In this document: piece after piece, positions 25,253 to 35,428 of the stretch | How positions within the stretch are numbered: position 1 is the first letter of the stretch | Layout of the letters: each line of letters starts with the position of its first letter | Assembly: GCA_035519555.1 (NCBI GenBank) | Contig: DATIWG010000050.1 | Location: 20,040-84,039, forward strand | Source of the DNA: Nitrosotalea sp. | GTDB taxonomy: Bacteria; Methylomirabilota; Methylomirabilia; Rokubacteriales; CSP1-6 | Direction of reading: 5' to 3' | DNA: 64,000 nt | Notes under the pieces: model-generated | Told to the model about the DNA's origin: nothing | What the model saw: only the letters and a program-made list of their open reading frames with translations | Databases searched by the model: none | Program-made: the position numbers and the translations under genes

Positions 25253-25881
25253 GCCGGCCGCCGACTAACCGGCTCGCGCGGCTCGCCCACCTAGTGCTCT
25301 GCCTGCTCTGCATTCTGGCCTGGGCGCCCGCGGCCGGGGCCGCCGGCTCGGGCCCCACCGAGCAGCTCAGGGGGGCGATCGATCGGGTGCTCCATGTCCT
25401 CCAGGATCCCGCCCTCAAGGTCGAGGCGCGGCTCCCGGACCGGCGCCGGGCGGTCAGACAGATCGCCGACGAGATCTTCGACTTCGACGAGACCGCCCGC
25501 CGGGCCATGGCGCAGCACTGGCGCTCGCTCACCGCCGCGCAGCAAAAGGAGTTCGTCGCCCTCTTCAGCGACCTGCTCGAGCGGGCCTACATGTCGAAGA
25601 TCGAGCTCTACGGCGGCGAGAAGATCCAGTACGCCGGCGAGCGGGTGGAGGGTGACTTCGCCACGGTGTCCACCCGGATCATCACCAAGAACGGCACCGA
25701 GGTTCCGACCGACTATCGCATGCTGAAGCGCGGCGATCGGTGGTGGATCTATGACGTCAGCATCGAGGGCGTGAGCCTCGTCGCCAACTACCGGACCCAG
25801 TTCAACAGCATCATCCGCACGTCGTCGTATGACGAGCTGCTCCGGAAGATGCGGAGCCGGGCCGAGGAGATACCGCATTGA
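25249..25881 (+). CDS. MlaC/Ttg2D family phospholipid-binding periplasmic protein
   Basis: Signal peptide followed by the Tol-Ttg2 domain; GTG start overlaps the upstream stop (GTGA). Confidence 0.8.
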   Translation: MSRPPTNRLARLAHLVLCLLCILAWAPAAGAAGSGPTEQLRGAIDRVLHVLQDPALKVEARLPDRRRAVRQIADEIFDFDETARRAMAQHWRSLTAAQQKEFVALFSDLLERAYMSKIELYGGEKIQYAGERVEGDFATVSTRIITKNGTEVPTDYRMLKRGDRWWIYDVSIEGVSLVANYRTQFNSIIRTSSYDELLRKMRSRAEEIPH

Positions 25882-25934
25882 GCCTTTCCGCTCAGCCGGC
25901 CGACGGGAGCGGGAAGGTCAGCACCGCCGATGGC

Positions 25935-26477
25935 TCACCAGTAGCGGACCCGGCCGACGTCCACGTGGACGAAGTCCGAGTCGGGGTAGTAGCCGACACC
26001 ACCGGCCCGGAGCGCCTTGGCCGCGTCCCGGACGGTCGGGAGCGGCCGGTCCGGCACCCGGATATCGATCGCCATCCCGACGACGTGGAGGCTGCTGGCG
26101 GCGACGCCGGTCGAGGTCGCGACCAGCCGGGCATTCGTGGCGGGCGAGCGATAGCCGGAGATGACCTCGAAGGGCTCGGTGGTGTCGAGGCTATCGCTCA
26201 GCGCATCCAGCACGCCGAGGAGCCGCCGATCGATCGGGTGAACCTGGTTGGTTCGATGGTCCCGCAGAACCCGGTCGATCTGGCTCAGCGCCTCCCGGAG
26301 GTACTGCCCGGCGGCCCAGTACGTGGCTCGCACAAGCTCACCGGTGTGCACGCTACGGAGCGCGAGCGCGCGCGTGGCAGGAGGCGCGGCCCATCCCCGG
26401 GCGGGCAGGAGCAGACCGGCCGCCGCGGCGGCGCCGAGCGAAAGAAACCGGCGCCGCGATGTATCTCGCTGACTCAT
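25935..26477 (-). CDS. DUF882/YcbK (MepK-like) peptidase M15 family protein with Tat signal
   Basis: [16 protein letters not shown] twin-arginine signal and the conserved SGYRSPATN ... HVVGMAIDI core. Confidence 0.8.
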   Translation of the reverse strand: MSQRDTSRRRFLSLGAAAAAGLLLPARGWAAPPATRALALRSVHTGELVRATYWAAGQYLREALSQIDRVLRDHRTNQVHPIDRRLLGVLDALSDSLDTTEPFEVISGYRSPATNARLVATSTGVAASSLHVVGMAIDIRVPDRPLPTVRDAAKALRAGGVGYYPDSDFVHVDVGRVRYW

Positions 26478-26485
26478 GCGCGTGC

Positions 26486-28198
26486 TCAGCCCGAGGCTTC
26501 CTTTCCCGGCGGCTGACAACCCCCAACGTCGCCGAACGCAACCGACCGAGGCGCGACCCCCGCGGGGGCCAGCATGGCGGCGAGGCGGCGGTCGCGCCCG
26601 TAGACGTCGTCCCGGAAGTGCACCAGGCCGTCCTGGCCGACGAACGCCGTCCAGTACAGTATGTACACGGGCAACGGGCGCGCAAGGGTGATCCTCGGCG
26701 AATCCCCCGCGGCGATGGCCTCATCGAGCGTCTGCCTCGTCCATCCGCCGGGACTCTCCGCCAGCACGTGCACCGCGAGATCGTCGGCCCGCTCGACCCG
26801 GATGCAGCCATGGCTGGCCGTCCGCACCGGACGCGCGAAGAGCGAGCGTACGGGCGTGTCGTGCAGGTAGACGTCGAACCGGTTCGGGATGTCGAACTTG
26901 ATCCGACCCAGCGGGTTGTCCGGCCCGGGCTGCTGCTGCAGTCGGAACGGGAACGGGTCCGTGGGAACGGCCGACCAGTCGACGGCGAAGCCGAACGGAT
27001 CGCTGCCACGCCGCTCCAGGATCACGATGTGATTGTCGGCCAGATACCGCGGGTTCTCGCGCAGGCGGGGCAGGATCTCCTCGACCGCGATCGAGAGCGG
27101 CACGTTCCACGTCGGATTGAGGATGACCGCCTCGAGCCGGGCCTGCACCACCGGGGTCGGGTGCCGGAGGTCGCCGACCACGACCCGCGACCTGAGCACC
27201 GTCCGACCCTCGGCGATGATCCGGAGCGTCGCGTCGGCGGCGTTGACGGTGACGTAGTGCGGTCCGAGATCCCGCGGGACCCAGCGCCAGCGCTCGAGGT
27301 TCCAGACGATCTGCTGGATGCGGTCGGCCGCCGGCACATTCAGGGCGCGGAGCGTCGCCGCGCCCACCGTCCCGTCCTCGGCGAGGCCATGGCGGGCCTG
27401 AAAGCGCCGCACCGCCTCCTCGAGCCGGTCATCGAAGCGCGTGTCGCCGGTCCGGGCCACGCTCTCGTCCTCCCCGGCGAGACGAGCCCGGAGCGCGGCC
27501 ACCCGATCGTCGTCGTCTCCCGGCTTCAACGCCGCGCCCGGAGGCACCGGCGACCAATCGCCGCGCGCCGCGATCGCGCGGTAACGCTGGAGGGCCTCGA
27601 CGAGCCGGCCGTACTCCTGGGCCGGCGGCGGCAGCGACGTCAGCAGCGCGCGAAAGCCGGCCGGCGAGCGGACGCCCGCCAGCGCCGAGACCGCGTCGAA
27701 CGGCGCCGCGGGAATCCCCCAGTCCGCCTGCACGAAGCCGGCCGGCCGGCGGCCCACGCGAACGTCGCTCGCGTAGCGAAGGAACGCGTCGGTCAGCAGC
27801 AGCTCGATCTCGGGCGTATCGACACCGGGGGCGCTTCGCTGCCGGGCGCGAATCGGCTCGAGATGGTAGCGCGCGGGCACGAGCCCGTGCGCGTCGGCGG
27901 TCACCAGGGCCTGGAGCAGCCGCGATGCGCGGTCGAGCCCATCGCGCCCGTCCCACGCGGGGGCAAAGTCTCGTGGCCGGTAGAACCGGCCGAGCGCCCG
28001 CGCGTCCAGCGGCCGGCCGTCGATGCGGACCTCGCCGCGCTGCTCCAGGAGCTCCCGCAGGCGGCGCGGGCTCACCGGGTCACCGCTCGCCTCCGCGGGC
28101 GCCGTCGCGATCGAGGCGGCGACGAGAATCACGCCCGCCGTCGTGATCAGGCGGCGGAGGCGCTCCCGCGCCAAGCGGCTCCCCGCGGCGCTCCTCAT
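26486..28198 (-). CDS. ldtD: L,D-transpeptidase, YcbB/LdtD-like
   Basis: Peptidoglycan-binding domain ([19 protein letters not shown]) and YkuD catalytic domain (SHGCIRV); ATG overlaps the lon stop (ATGA). Confidence 0.85.
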   Translation of the reverse strand: MRSAAGSRLARERLRRLITTAGVILVAASIATAPAEASGDPVSPRRLRELLEQRGEVRIDGRPLDARALGRFYRPRDFAPAWDGRDGLDRASRLLQALVTADAHGLVPARYHLEPIRARQRSAPGVDTPEIELLLTDAFLRYASDVRVGRRPAGFVQADWGIPAAPFDAVSALAGVRSPAGFRALLTSLPPPAQEYGRLVEALQRYRAIAARGDWSPVPPGAALKPGDDDDRVAALRARLAGEDESVARTGDTRFDDRLEEAVRRFQARHGLAEDGTVGAATLRALNVPAADRIQQIVWNLERWRWVPRDLGPHYVTVNAADATLRIIAEGRTVLRSRVVVGDLRHPTPVVQARLEAVILNPTWNVPLSIAVEEILPRLRENPRYLADNHIVILERRGSDPFGFAVDWSAVPTDPFPFRLQQQPGPDNPLGRIKFDIPNRFDVYLHDTPVRSLFARPVRTASHGCIRVERADDLAVHVLAESPGGWTRQTLDEAIAAGDSPRITLARPLPVYILYWTAFVGQDGLVHFRDDVYGRDRRLAAMLAPAGVAPRSVAFGDVGGCQPPGKEASG

Positions 28199-30597
28199 CC
28201 CGCGGCGGGGCGAACCGCGACGGCGGTGTCGGTGAGCGCGTGTCGCAGGACCTCTTCGGCGTCCTCGGCGAACACGAAAGCGAGCTGCCGGCGCAGCTCT
28301 TCCGGCACGTCGTCGAGGTCCCGCTCGTTCCGGGCGGGCAGGATCACGGTACGGATCCCCGCCCGGTGCGCAGCCAGGACCTTCTCCTTGATGCCGCCGA
28401 CCGGGAGCACCTTGCCGCGCAGGGTGATCTCGCCTGTCATGGCCAGGTCGTGGCGCACGGGGCGTCGCGTGGCGAGCGACGCCAGCGCGGTCACGATGGT
28501 CACGCCCGCCGACGGCCCGTCCTTCGGGATGGCTCCCGCGGGAACGTGCACGTGGATGGTCTGGCCCTCGAACAGCTTGGGATCGATGTCGAGCGTCTCG
28601 GCGTTGGATCTGACGTAGGAGACAGCCGCCTGCGCGCTCTCGCGCATCACGTCGCCGAGCATCCCGGTGAGGATCAGGCGCTCGTCACGGCTCGGCATCA
28701 TGGTGACCTCGACGAACAGGACGTCTCCGCCGCTCGGCGTCCACGCCAGGCCGGTGGCGACCCCGGGCCGCGCGGTCCGCTCGGCGACCTCGTCGAAGAA
28801 GCGCGGGCGGCCGAGATAGTCGGCGACCTGGTCGGCGGTGACCCGGACGCCCTGCCTCTGGCCTTCGGCCAGCCGGCGGGCGATCTTGCGGGTGATGCCG
28901 GCGATCTCCCGCTCGAGGCTGCGCACGCCCGCCTCGCGGGTGTATCCCCTCACGATCTGACGGATGGCCTCGGGCTCGAGGGTCAGCTCGTCCGCGGTGA
29001 GCCCGTGCGCGGCGACCTGCTTCGGGATCAGGTACTGGCGCGCGATGCCGATCTTCTCCTGGTCCGTGTAGCCGGACAGGGTCAGGATCTCCATGCGATC
29101 CCGCAGCGGCCCCGGAATGGTGTCGAGCGCGTTGGCGGTGGCGATGAAGAGGACCTGCGAGAGGTCGAACGGCACACCGAGGTAGTTGTCGACGAAGGTG
29201 TCGTTCTGGGCCGGATCGAGCACCTCGAGCAGCGCGGACGACGGATCGCCCCGCCAGTCGGCTCCGATCTTGTCGATCTCGTCGAGCATGAAGACCGGAT
29301 CCCGGGCCTCGGCGCGGCGAAGTCCCTGGATGATCCGTCCGGGGAGCGCGCCGATGTAGGTCCGGCGGTGGCCGCGAATCTCCGCCTCGTCGCGTACCCC
29401 GCCCAGTGACATGCGCGCGAACCGCCGGCCCAGCGCCCGCGCGATGCTCTGGCCGAGGCTGGTCTTGCCGACACCGGGCGGGCCCACGAAGCAGAGGATG
29501 GGCTCGCGCGAGTCGCCCGACGCGCGATCCGGGCCTCCCCCGCGCTCGTGCCGGAGCTTCTTGACGGCCAGATACTCGATGAGGCGATCCTTGATCTTCT
29601 CGAGATCGAAGTGGTCCTCGTCCAGGACCGCCCGGGCCCGGCCGATGTCGATGACACCCCCGTCGAGCTTGCGCCACGGCAGGCTGGCCATCCACTCGAG
29701 GTAGGTGGCGATCATGCCGTGCTCGGGCGAGGATGGCGAGAGATCGGCCAGCCGGGTGAGCTCCCGCTCCGCCTCGCGCCGCGCCTCGTCCGGCAGGCCG
29801 GCCTCCTCGATCCGTCGGCGCAGCTCGGCGACCTGCCCGTCGCCTTCTCGCTCCTCTCCGAGCTCCCGCTGGATCGAGTGCAGCTGCTCGCGCAGGTAAT
29901 ACTCTCGCTGCTTCTTCGAGAGTCGCTCCTCGGTCTCGGTGGTGATCTTCCGCCCCAGCTCCCGCACCGCCACCTCGCGCTGCAGCACGTCCACCAGCCG
30001 GCGGAGCTTGGCGCCGACCGGATCCATCTCGAGCAGCTCCTGTCGCACCGGCACCTCGAGCGGGACGATCGACGCCACGAAGTAGACGAGGTGGCGGGGC
30101 TCGGTGATGGCGTCCGCGGCCCCGCCCAGCTCGTCGGGCAGCTCCGGCGACGCCTCCACGAGCCGCCGGAAGATGTCGGACACCGCGCGCCGGAGCCCGT
30201 CCACCTCGGTCCCCGGCTCTCCCTGATCCGGGTCCGCCTCGACCCGCGCGACCAGATATGGCTCGGTGCTCACCCAGTCGAGGATCCGGATCCGCTCGAT
30301 CCCCTGCACGATCAGGCGCACGCCGCCGTCCGGGGACCGGGCGAGCTGGTGAATCATGCCGATGGTGCCGACGCGGTGGAGCGCCTCCGGCGCCGGCGAC
30401 TCCGCAGTGGCCTCGCGCTGGGCGACCAGCGCCAGTAGCCGGTTGCCCCGCATGACCTCGTCCACGAGCCGCACCGACCGCGGCTGGCCCACCACGAGGG
30501 GTGCCGCGGTGAATGGGAACACGACCGCGTCCCGTAGGGGCAAGACCGGGAGCGCGTCCGGGACCACGACGCCGGCGGGGCCGGCCGGATCCGCCAT
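28195..30597 (-). CDS. lon: ATP-dependent Lon protease
   Basis: LON N-terminal domain, AAA+ (GPPGVGKTS) and S16 protease domain (DGPSAGVT, catalytic Ser); start overlaps the Hsp20 stop (ATGA). The 157 aa N-terminal extension in the track ORF is spurious. Confidence 0.9.
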   Translation of the reverse strand: MADPAGPAGVVVPDALPVLPLRDAVVFPFTAAPLVVGQPRSVRLVDEVMRGNRLLALVAQREATAESPAPEALHRVGTIGMIHQLARSPDGGVRLIVQGIERIRILDWVSTEPYLVARVEADPDQGEPGTEVDGLRRAVSDIFRRLVEASPELPDELGGAADAITEPRHLVYFVASIVPLEVPVRQELLEMDPVGAKLRRLVDVLQREVAVRELGRKITTETEERLSKKQREYYLREQLHSIQRELGEEREGDGQVAELRRRIEEAGLPDEARREAERELTRLADLSPSSPEHGMIATYLEWMASLPWRKLDGGVIDIGRARAVLDEDHFDLEKIKDRLIEYLAVKKLRHERGGGPDRASGDSREPILCFVGPPGVGKTSLGQSIARALGRRFARMSLGGVRDEAEIRGHRRTYIGALPGRIIQGLRRAEARDPVFMLDEIDKIGADWRGDPSSALLEVLDPAQNDTFVDNYLGVPFDLSQVLFIATANALDTIPGPLRDRMEILTLSGYTDQEKIGIARQYLIPKQVAAHGLTADELTLEPEAIRQIVRGYTREAGVRSLEREIAGITRKIARRLAEGQRQGVRVTADQVADYLGRPRFFDEVAERTARPGVATGLAWTPSGGDVLFVEVTMMPSRDERLILTGMLGDVMRESAQAAVSYVRSNAETLDIDPKLFEGQTIHVHVPAGAIPKDGPSAGVTIVTALASLATRRPVRHDLAMTGEITLRGKVLPVGGIKEKVLAAHRAGIRTVILPARNERDLDDVPEELRRQLAFVFAEDAEEVLRHALTDTAVAVRPAAG

Positions 30598-31007
30598 CAC
30601 CCGGCCCCCGCGCGCTTCGGCAGCGTGATGTGGAGCAGGCCGCGATCGTAGCGGGCCGCGACCCGCTCGGGGTCGACGGTGGCCGGAAGCGAAACCTCGA
30701 CCTGGAACGGGCCCTGGCGGATGCCGGCCTCGTGGTAGACGGCCCCCGCCGCGCACGACGGCAGGCGTCGGTGCCCCTCGACGACCAGCGCGTCGTCGAA
30801 GAGCTGGACCTCGAAGTCGTCCTCCTCGAGGCCGGCCAGGTCGACCGTCACCTCGATCGCGGTCGCGGTCTCGTAGGTATCCGCATCGGGCCGCCATCCG
30901 ACCCGCGCGAGCGGGCGGAGGCGGTCGGCCGGCCAGGCGTCTCCCGGCGGCCACGCCGCGGAGCGCACCACCATCGTGTAGCGGTAGCTCAAGCGCCGGT
31001 ATCGCAT
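30597..31007 (-). CDS. Hsp20 family small heat-shock protein
   Basis: Alpha-crystallin domain (GLLHITLPK); start could instead be M12 at 30974. Confidence 0.75.
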   Translation of the reverse strand: MRYRRLSYRYTMVVRSAAWPPGDAWPADRLRPLARVGWRPDADTYETATAIEVTVDLAGLEEDDFEVQLFDDALVVEGHRRLPSCAAGAVYHEAGIRQGPFQVEVSLPATVDPERVAARYDRGLLHITLPKRAGAG

Positions 31008-32365
31008 CCTGATCGTCGGACTCCCAGCTCATTCTGCCCGCGCGCGGGCTCCCGCGCCAGGAATGCATCGACGAGCGACCCGAGCGTGGGCTCCCCGGCG
31101 TCGGCGAACTCGTAGCGGGCGCGCACGACCGGCTTCTCGAGCGCGATCAGGGCAGCCAGATCGAGCGGGGTGGCCGCCACCACGACGTCCGCGGCGGCCG
31201 CGTTGATCGTCTCGCGAAGCCCCTCCAGCTGATCGGCATCGTAGCCGACCGCGGGGAGCACGGGGCCGATGTGGGGATACCGGGCGAAGATCGCCCGCAC
31301 CCCGGGTGACGCGGACCTTCGGGGATCGACGATCGTCGCCGCGCCCGCCCTCGTGGCCGCGACCCAGCCCGCCCCGTACGGCATGCCTCCGTGAGTGAGG
31401 GTCGGCCCGTCCTCCACCACGAGCACCCGTCGTCCGCGCACCGCGTCGGGATCCTCGAGGCGGACGGGAGAGGCCGCTCGCACGATCGGGGCGCGCGCGT
31501 TGAGCGCACGGACCTCGCTGAACACCGCTTCGACACTGCCGGCCGGGGCCACATCCACCTTGTTGATGACGACGATGTCGGCCATCCGCAGCACGGCCTC
31601 GCCGGGATGGTAGCCATCGGCCTGCCCGGGCCGGAGGGCGTCGGCCACGACGATGTGCAGATCGGGCCGCAGGAGCGGGAAGTCGTTGTTGCCGCCGTCC
31701 CACACGATCAGATCGGCCTCGCGCTCCGCTCGCGCGACGATGGCCGCGTAGTCCACTCCCGCGAACACGACGTGCCCCGCGGCCAGATGCGGCTCGTACT
31801 CCTCGCGCTCCTCCGCGGTGCAGCGCGCGGCGTCGAGATCCGCCGCCTGCGCGAATCGCTGCACGCGCTGGCGCTCCAGATCGCCGTACGGCATCGGGTG
31901 CCGCAGCACCGCGACCCGGAGGCCGCGGTCGCGGAGGCGCCGGCCGAGCCAGCGCGCGGTCTGGGACTTGCCGCAGCCCGTCCGGATCGCCGAGATCGCG
32001 ATGACCGGCACCGCGGCCGGCAGCATCGTGCGGCGCGGGCCGAGCAGCTCGAAGTCCGCGCCCGCGGCGAGGGCCCGCGAGGCCAGATGCATCACGGTGG
32101 CATGCGGGACGTCGCTGTACGCGAACACCACGCGGTCCACTCGCTCGCGCCGGCAGATCGCCTCGAGGTCGGCTTCGTCCTCGATGGGAATGCCGTCGGG
32201 ATAGCGCGCGCCCGCGAGGGAAGCCGGGTACCGACGGTCGCTGAGTCGGGGGATCTGGGCCTGCGTGAACGCGACCACGGAGACGCCCGGGTCGTCGCGA
32301 TAGACCACGTTGAAGTTGTGGAAGTCGCGCCCGGCCGCGCCCAGGATCACGATTCGAGTCGGCAC
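30989..32365 (-). CDS. COG2403 family protein (cyclic 2,3-diphosphoglycerate synthetase-like predicted GTPase)
   Basis: 458 aa; N-terminal RIVILGAAGRDFHNFN and internal CGKSQT P-loop-like motif; the family assignment is from memory of COG2403/CPGS. Confidence 0.65.
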   Translation of the reverse strand: MPTRIVILGAAGRDFHNFNVVYRDDPGVSVVAFTQAQIPRLSDRRYPASLAGARYPDGIPIEDEADLEAICRRERVDRVVFAYSDVPHATVMHLASRALAAGADFELLGPRRTMLPAAVPVIAISAIRTGCGKSQTARWLGRRLRDRGLRVAVLRHPMPYGDLERQRVQRFAQAADLDAARCTAEEREEYEPHLAAGHVVFAGVDYAAIVARAEREADLIVWDGGNNDFPLLRPDLHIVVADALRPGQADGYHPGEAVLRMADIVVINKVDVAPAGSVEAVFSEVRALNARAPIVRAASPVRLEDPDAVRGRRVLVVEDGPTLTHGGMPYGAGWVAATRAGAATIVDPRRSASPGVRAIFARYPHIGPVLPAVGYDADQLEGLRETINAAAADVVVAATPLDLAALIALEKPVVRARYEFADAGEPTLGSLVDAFLAREPARGQNELGVRRSGCDTGA

Positions 32366-32369
32366 CGGG

Positions 32370-32804
32370 TCACCAGAGGAAGAGGTCGCTCTCGACGTCG
32401 CGTCCCTTTCTCAGCGCGGCGAAGACATCGCGCTCGGTCAGGATCCCCACCAGGCGACCATCCGCCACCACCGGGAGGCTGCCGATCCTCCGCTGGAACA
32501 TGGTCAGGGCCGCCTGGACCAGGTCCGTGTCGGCGTGCGTGGTCACGACCGACCACGTCATCACGTCCCTGACTCTCGGGGCCTTCACCCGGTGGGGCGC
32601 CCAGCCCGCGTGCTCGGCCAGCGCGGGCATGAAGGCGGCATGCCGGAGATCACGATCGGTCACGATCCCGAGCACGTGCGCCTCCCCATCGACGACCGGG
32701 AGGTGTCGGATGCCCTTGCTCCGCATCAGATCCGTCGCCTCCTTCACCTGCGCGTCGAGCTCCACCACCACCGGATGCTCCGTCATCACGTCCCGGACTT
32801 TCAT
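32370..32804 (-). CDS. CBS domain pair protein
   Basis: Two CBS motifs. Confidence 0.85.
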   Translation of the reverse strand: MKVRDVMTEHPVVVELDAQVKEATDLMRSKGIRHLPVVDGEAHVLGIVTDRDLRHAAFMPALAEHAGWAPHRVKAPRVRDVMTWSVVTTHADTDLVQAALTMFQRRIGSLPVVADGRLVGILTERDVFAALRKGRDVESDLFLW

Positions 32805-32806
32805 GG

Positions 32807-33148
32807 CTATCCTTCCGCCCGGCTCGGAGCCATCGGGAGCGACCCGGCCGGGGGCGTCTTCTCGTCTTCGGCTCCGGGGTTCAGGATCGCCTGCAGCTCC
32901 TTCCCCATCTTGAAGAACGGCACCGCCCGCGCGGGGACGTCCACGCGGACGCCCGTCTTGGGGTTGCGGGCCACGCGCGCCCGCCGCCGGCGGACGGTGA
33001 AGGTGCCCAGACCGCGCAGGTCCACGCGCTCGCCCTGCTTCAACGCGTCGATGATCCGCTCGAACACCGCGGTCACGACCGCGTCACTCACATGGCGCGT
33101 GAGGCCGGCCACCCGGGCCACTTCCTCCACCAGGTCGCTCTTGTTCAT
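32807..33148 (-). CDS. HU/IHF family DNA-binding protein
   Basis: 113 aa (MNKSDLVEEVA ... GLGTFTVRRR...RNPKTG ...) with a C-terminal extension. Confidence 0.85.
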   Translation of the reverse strand: MNKSDLVEEVARVAGLTRHVSDAVVTAVFERIIDALKQGERVDLRGLGTFTVRRRRARVARNPKTGVRVDVPARAVPFFKMGKELQAILNPGAEDEKTPPAGSLPMAPSRAEG

Positions 33149-33165
33149 GGTCCCCCACGGGTAGC

Positions 33166-33182
33166 TTGCAACTGTGCTGCCA
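33166..33182 (-). promoter_or_regulatory. Candidate sigma54 promoter (TGGCAG-N5-TTGCA)
   Basis: Read on the minus strand as TGGCAGcacagTTGCAA, about 10-20 nt upstream of the HU-like gene; heads a 7.2 kb coupled operon. Confidence 0.4.
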
Positions 33183-33300
33183 TGGAGCCGACCGGGCCAA
33201 ACGCCACGATCCCACATGGTTATGCGGTGGGCTCGTCCGATCTGGATGGGGCGGCCTCTCCTCAGCTGGGGCGCGACGGCCTCGAGCCATCCCCTCCCGG

Positions 33301-34296
33301 TCACGCAAGACGGGTCAGCTCGTCCCGGGACGACCACTCGAAGCGCACCCGCTTGCCGCCTCGATGCGCGTCGACACCCCGCCCGGGCTTGACCGTGCCG
33401 ATCACCGCCGCGGGAACGCGGAGGCCACCGACCGCATCGAGCAGGCGCTTCACGCGGCGCTCGGGGATCGTCAGCAGCAAGGCCCCGGAGCCGATCAGTC
33501 CGAGCGGGCGCAGGCCGAAGTGCGTGCACAGGCGAGCCGTGTGGGAATGCACGGCAATGGCATCGAGGTCGACGACCAGGCGGCGGCCCGACGCAGTGGC
33601 GAGCTCGAAGAGGGCGGCGGCGACCCCGCCCTCGGTCGGATCGTGCATCGCCGTCGCGCCGGTCCGGGCCGCCATCAAGGCTTCCCGCACCACCGAGATT
33701 CCGGGCCGGTGATTGAACCGGGCGGCCTCGCGCTGCGCGCGGCCGCCGAGCGCCTGTCGAGCCTCGCGAGGAAATCGACGCGCGAGGATCGACGTGCCCT
33801 CGATCCCGGCGAACTTCGTCAGGATGAGGCGATCGCCGACCCGCGCGCCGGCCGCCGTCACCAGGCCGTCCCGTGGGACCAGTCCCTGCATGTCACCAGC
33901 CACGATGGGCCGCTTCACGGCGGTGGAGATCTCGGTGTGCCCGCCGGTGACGGCGATGCCCAGCCCGCGAGCGCTCCGGTCGATGTCCTTGAAGATCTTC
34001 CTCACCGTGCCGGCACCGGTGCCAGGGGGCACGATGATCGTGGACTGAAACCACGCCGGCCGGGCCCCCATCACCGCCACGTCGTTGGCGTTGACGTGCA
34101 CGGCGTACCAGCCCGCTTCCTCGGCGGTGAACGTGACCGGGTCACTCTTCAGGATCAGGTACTGCCGCCCGAGATCGATCACCGCGGCATCGAGGCCGAA
34201 GGCCGGCCCCTGCACGACGCGACGATCGGAAGCTCCGTGAAACCGCAGCAGCCGCCGCAGAAGCGCAGGCGGCAGCTTGCCGGGAAGCAGCGCCAT
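33301..34296 (-). CDS. AIR synthase-related (PurM-like) protein, HypE-like
   Basis: 332 aa with the HypE-type N-terminus (GKLPPALLRRLL...) and PurM-like domains; no hydrogenase genes nearby. Confidence 0.75.
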   Translation of the reverse strand: MALLPGKLPPALLRRLLRFHGASDRRVVQGPAFGLDAAVIDLGRQYLILKSDPVTFTAEEAGWYAVHVNANDVAVMGARPAWFQSTIIVPPGTGAGTVRKIFKDIDRSARGLGIAVTGGHTEISTAVKRPIVAGDMQGLVPRDGLVTAAGARVGDRLILTKFAGIEGTSILARRFPREARQALGGRAQREAARFNHRPGISVVREALMAARTGATAMHDPTEGGVAAALFELATASGRRLVVDLDAIAVHSHTARLCTHFGLRPLGLIGSGALLLTIPERRVKRLLDAVGGLRVPAAVIGTVKPGRGVDAHRGGKRVRFEWSSRDELTRLA

Positions 34297-34322
34297 CTGA
34301 TCGGAAGGTCGCGCGCGCCTGC

Positions 34323-34874
34323 CTAGCGCGGAGATGCAGGAGGAGGCGGCGGCGGTGTTCCGGCCGGCGGCGGCGGAACATCCGGGGCCCTGGGAGCAGG
34401 CGGAGGTGGCGGCGAGCTGTACGGCTCCGACCCGCGGCTCACGGGAACCTGATTGCCCTTGGCGTACATGCATTGCATGTAGGCCATGTCGTACTGCTGC
34501 TGAGTCGCCTGGCCGCTCACGTCCCCACGGCTCGCGCCGACCGCGGTCCCTCCGAGGAGGCCAACGCCGGCTCCCGCGGCGGCCCCGGTCGCGGGGCCAC
34601 CGGCCGCGGCTCCGATCGCGGCACCGGCAGCCGCGCCGACGAGGGTCCCGACCGCCGCGCCCGTGGCCGTGCTCCCGACGGACGACTGGCCCGGAGTGAT
34701 CCCGGTCTGCTGCGCTGCCCACTGGCGGCACACGATGTCGTCGACCTGGAACTGGTCGAAGCTTTTCCCGGTGCCCGGCAGCACCATCACGCTCGGCCCG
34801 CTCGGCACCGTGGTGCAGGCCGCCACAAGCAGGCTCGTCAGTAGCGGCGCGAGGACAGCTGGTCGCATCATCAT
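34323..34874 (-). CDS. Glycine-zipper lipoprotein (hypothetical)
   Basis: Lipobox LVAAC, Gly/Ala zipper (GAAVGTLVGAAAGAAIGAAAGG) and a Pro-rich C-terminal tail; ATG overlaps the upstream stop (ATGA). Confidence 0.6.
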   Translation of the reverse strand: MMMRPAVLAPLLTSLLVAACTTVPSGPSVMVLPGTGKSFDQFQVDDIVCRQWAAQQTGITPGQSSVGSTATGAAVGTLVGAAAGAAIGAAAGGPATGAAAGAGVGLLGGTAVGASRGDVSGQATQQQYDMAYMQCMYAKGNQVPVSRGSEPYSSPPPPPAPRAPDVPPPPAGTPPPPPPASPR

Positions 34875-35206
34875 GGCTGTGGCGGCACCTTCACCCATTC
34901 CTCTGGACAGGTCTGAACCGACGGGTAGTACGCATGAGCGCTCCGACAATAGTACCAGTAGACGGGCGGCGGAGGAGGCGCCGGCCGCTCGATGTACACC
35001 TGTGGCTCCTGGATGACGACCGGCGGATAGTAGTAGGGGGGCGGGTACCACCAGTATGGGCCCCAGAAGGGCGGTCCCCACCAGGGGCCGACCCCGACGA
35101 ATACTCCGCCATGCCAGTGACCGTGAGACGCATGACCCGGCGCGGCACCGCCGAGAACCACCAGCCCGACGATCAGCAACCCGAGCACCGCCGAGGTCCT
35201 AGTCAT
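34871..35206 (-). CDS. Small secreted Pro/Tyr/Trp-rich protein with C-terminal YWYYC..YYP..CP..W motif
   Basis: 111 aa with signal peptide and a conserved-looking C-terminal Cys pair; GGGAGGA Shine-Dalgarno upstream. Confidence 0.55.
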   Translation of the reverse strand: MTRTSAVLGLLIVGLVVLGGAAPGHASHGHWHGGVFVGVGPWWGPPFWGPYWWYPPPYYYPPVVIQEPQVYIERPAPPPPPVYWYYCRSAHAYYPSVQTCPEEWVKVPPQP

Positions 35207-35240
35207 AGCGGGTACGATCCTCCCTAGCCGCTCAACCATC

Positions 35241-35256
35241 GAGCATCGCCCGTGCC
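35241..35256 (-). promoter_or_regulatory. Candidate sigma54 promoter (TGGCAC-N5-ATGCT)
   Basis: Read on the minus strand as TGGCACgggcgATGCT; the predicted TSS is about 25 nt upstream of the ATG at 35206. Confidence 0.4.
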
Positions 35257-35428
35257 ATCCGCCTTTCACCGGGGAAAGGGCTGATTCCATTCGAGACGAA
35301 GGCCGACCTGTGAAGACGGCTTGCGGCGGATCCGTCTCACCTGTCCCAGCGACGCCCCGAGCGCCCCGGCTGCACGCTAATCTCGTTGCTCGCGTCGGGT
35401 TGGCGATGGTCTAATGCGCGTTTGAGAG

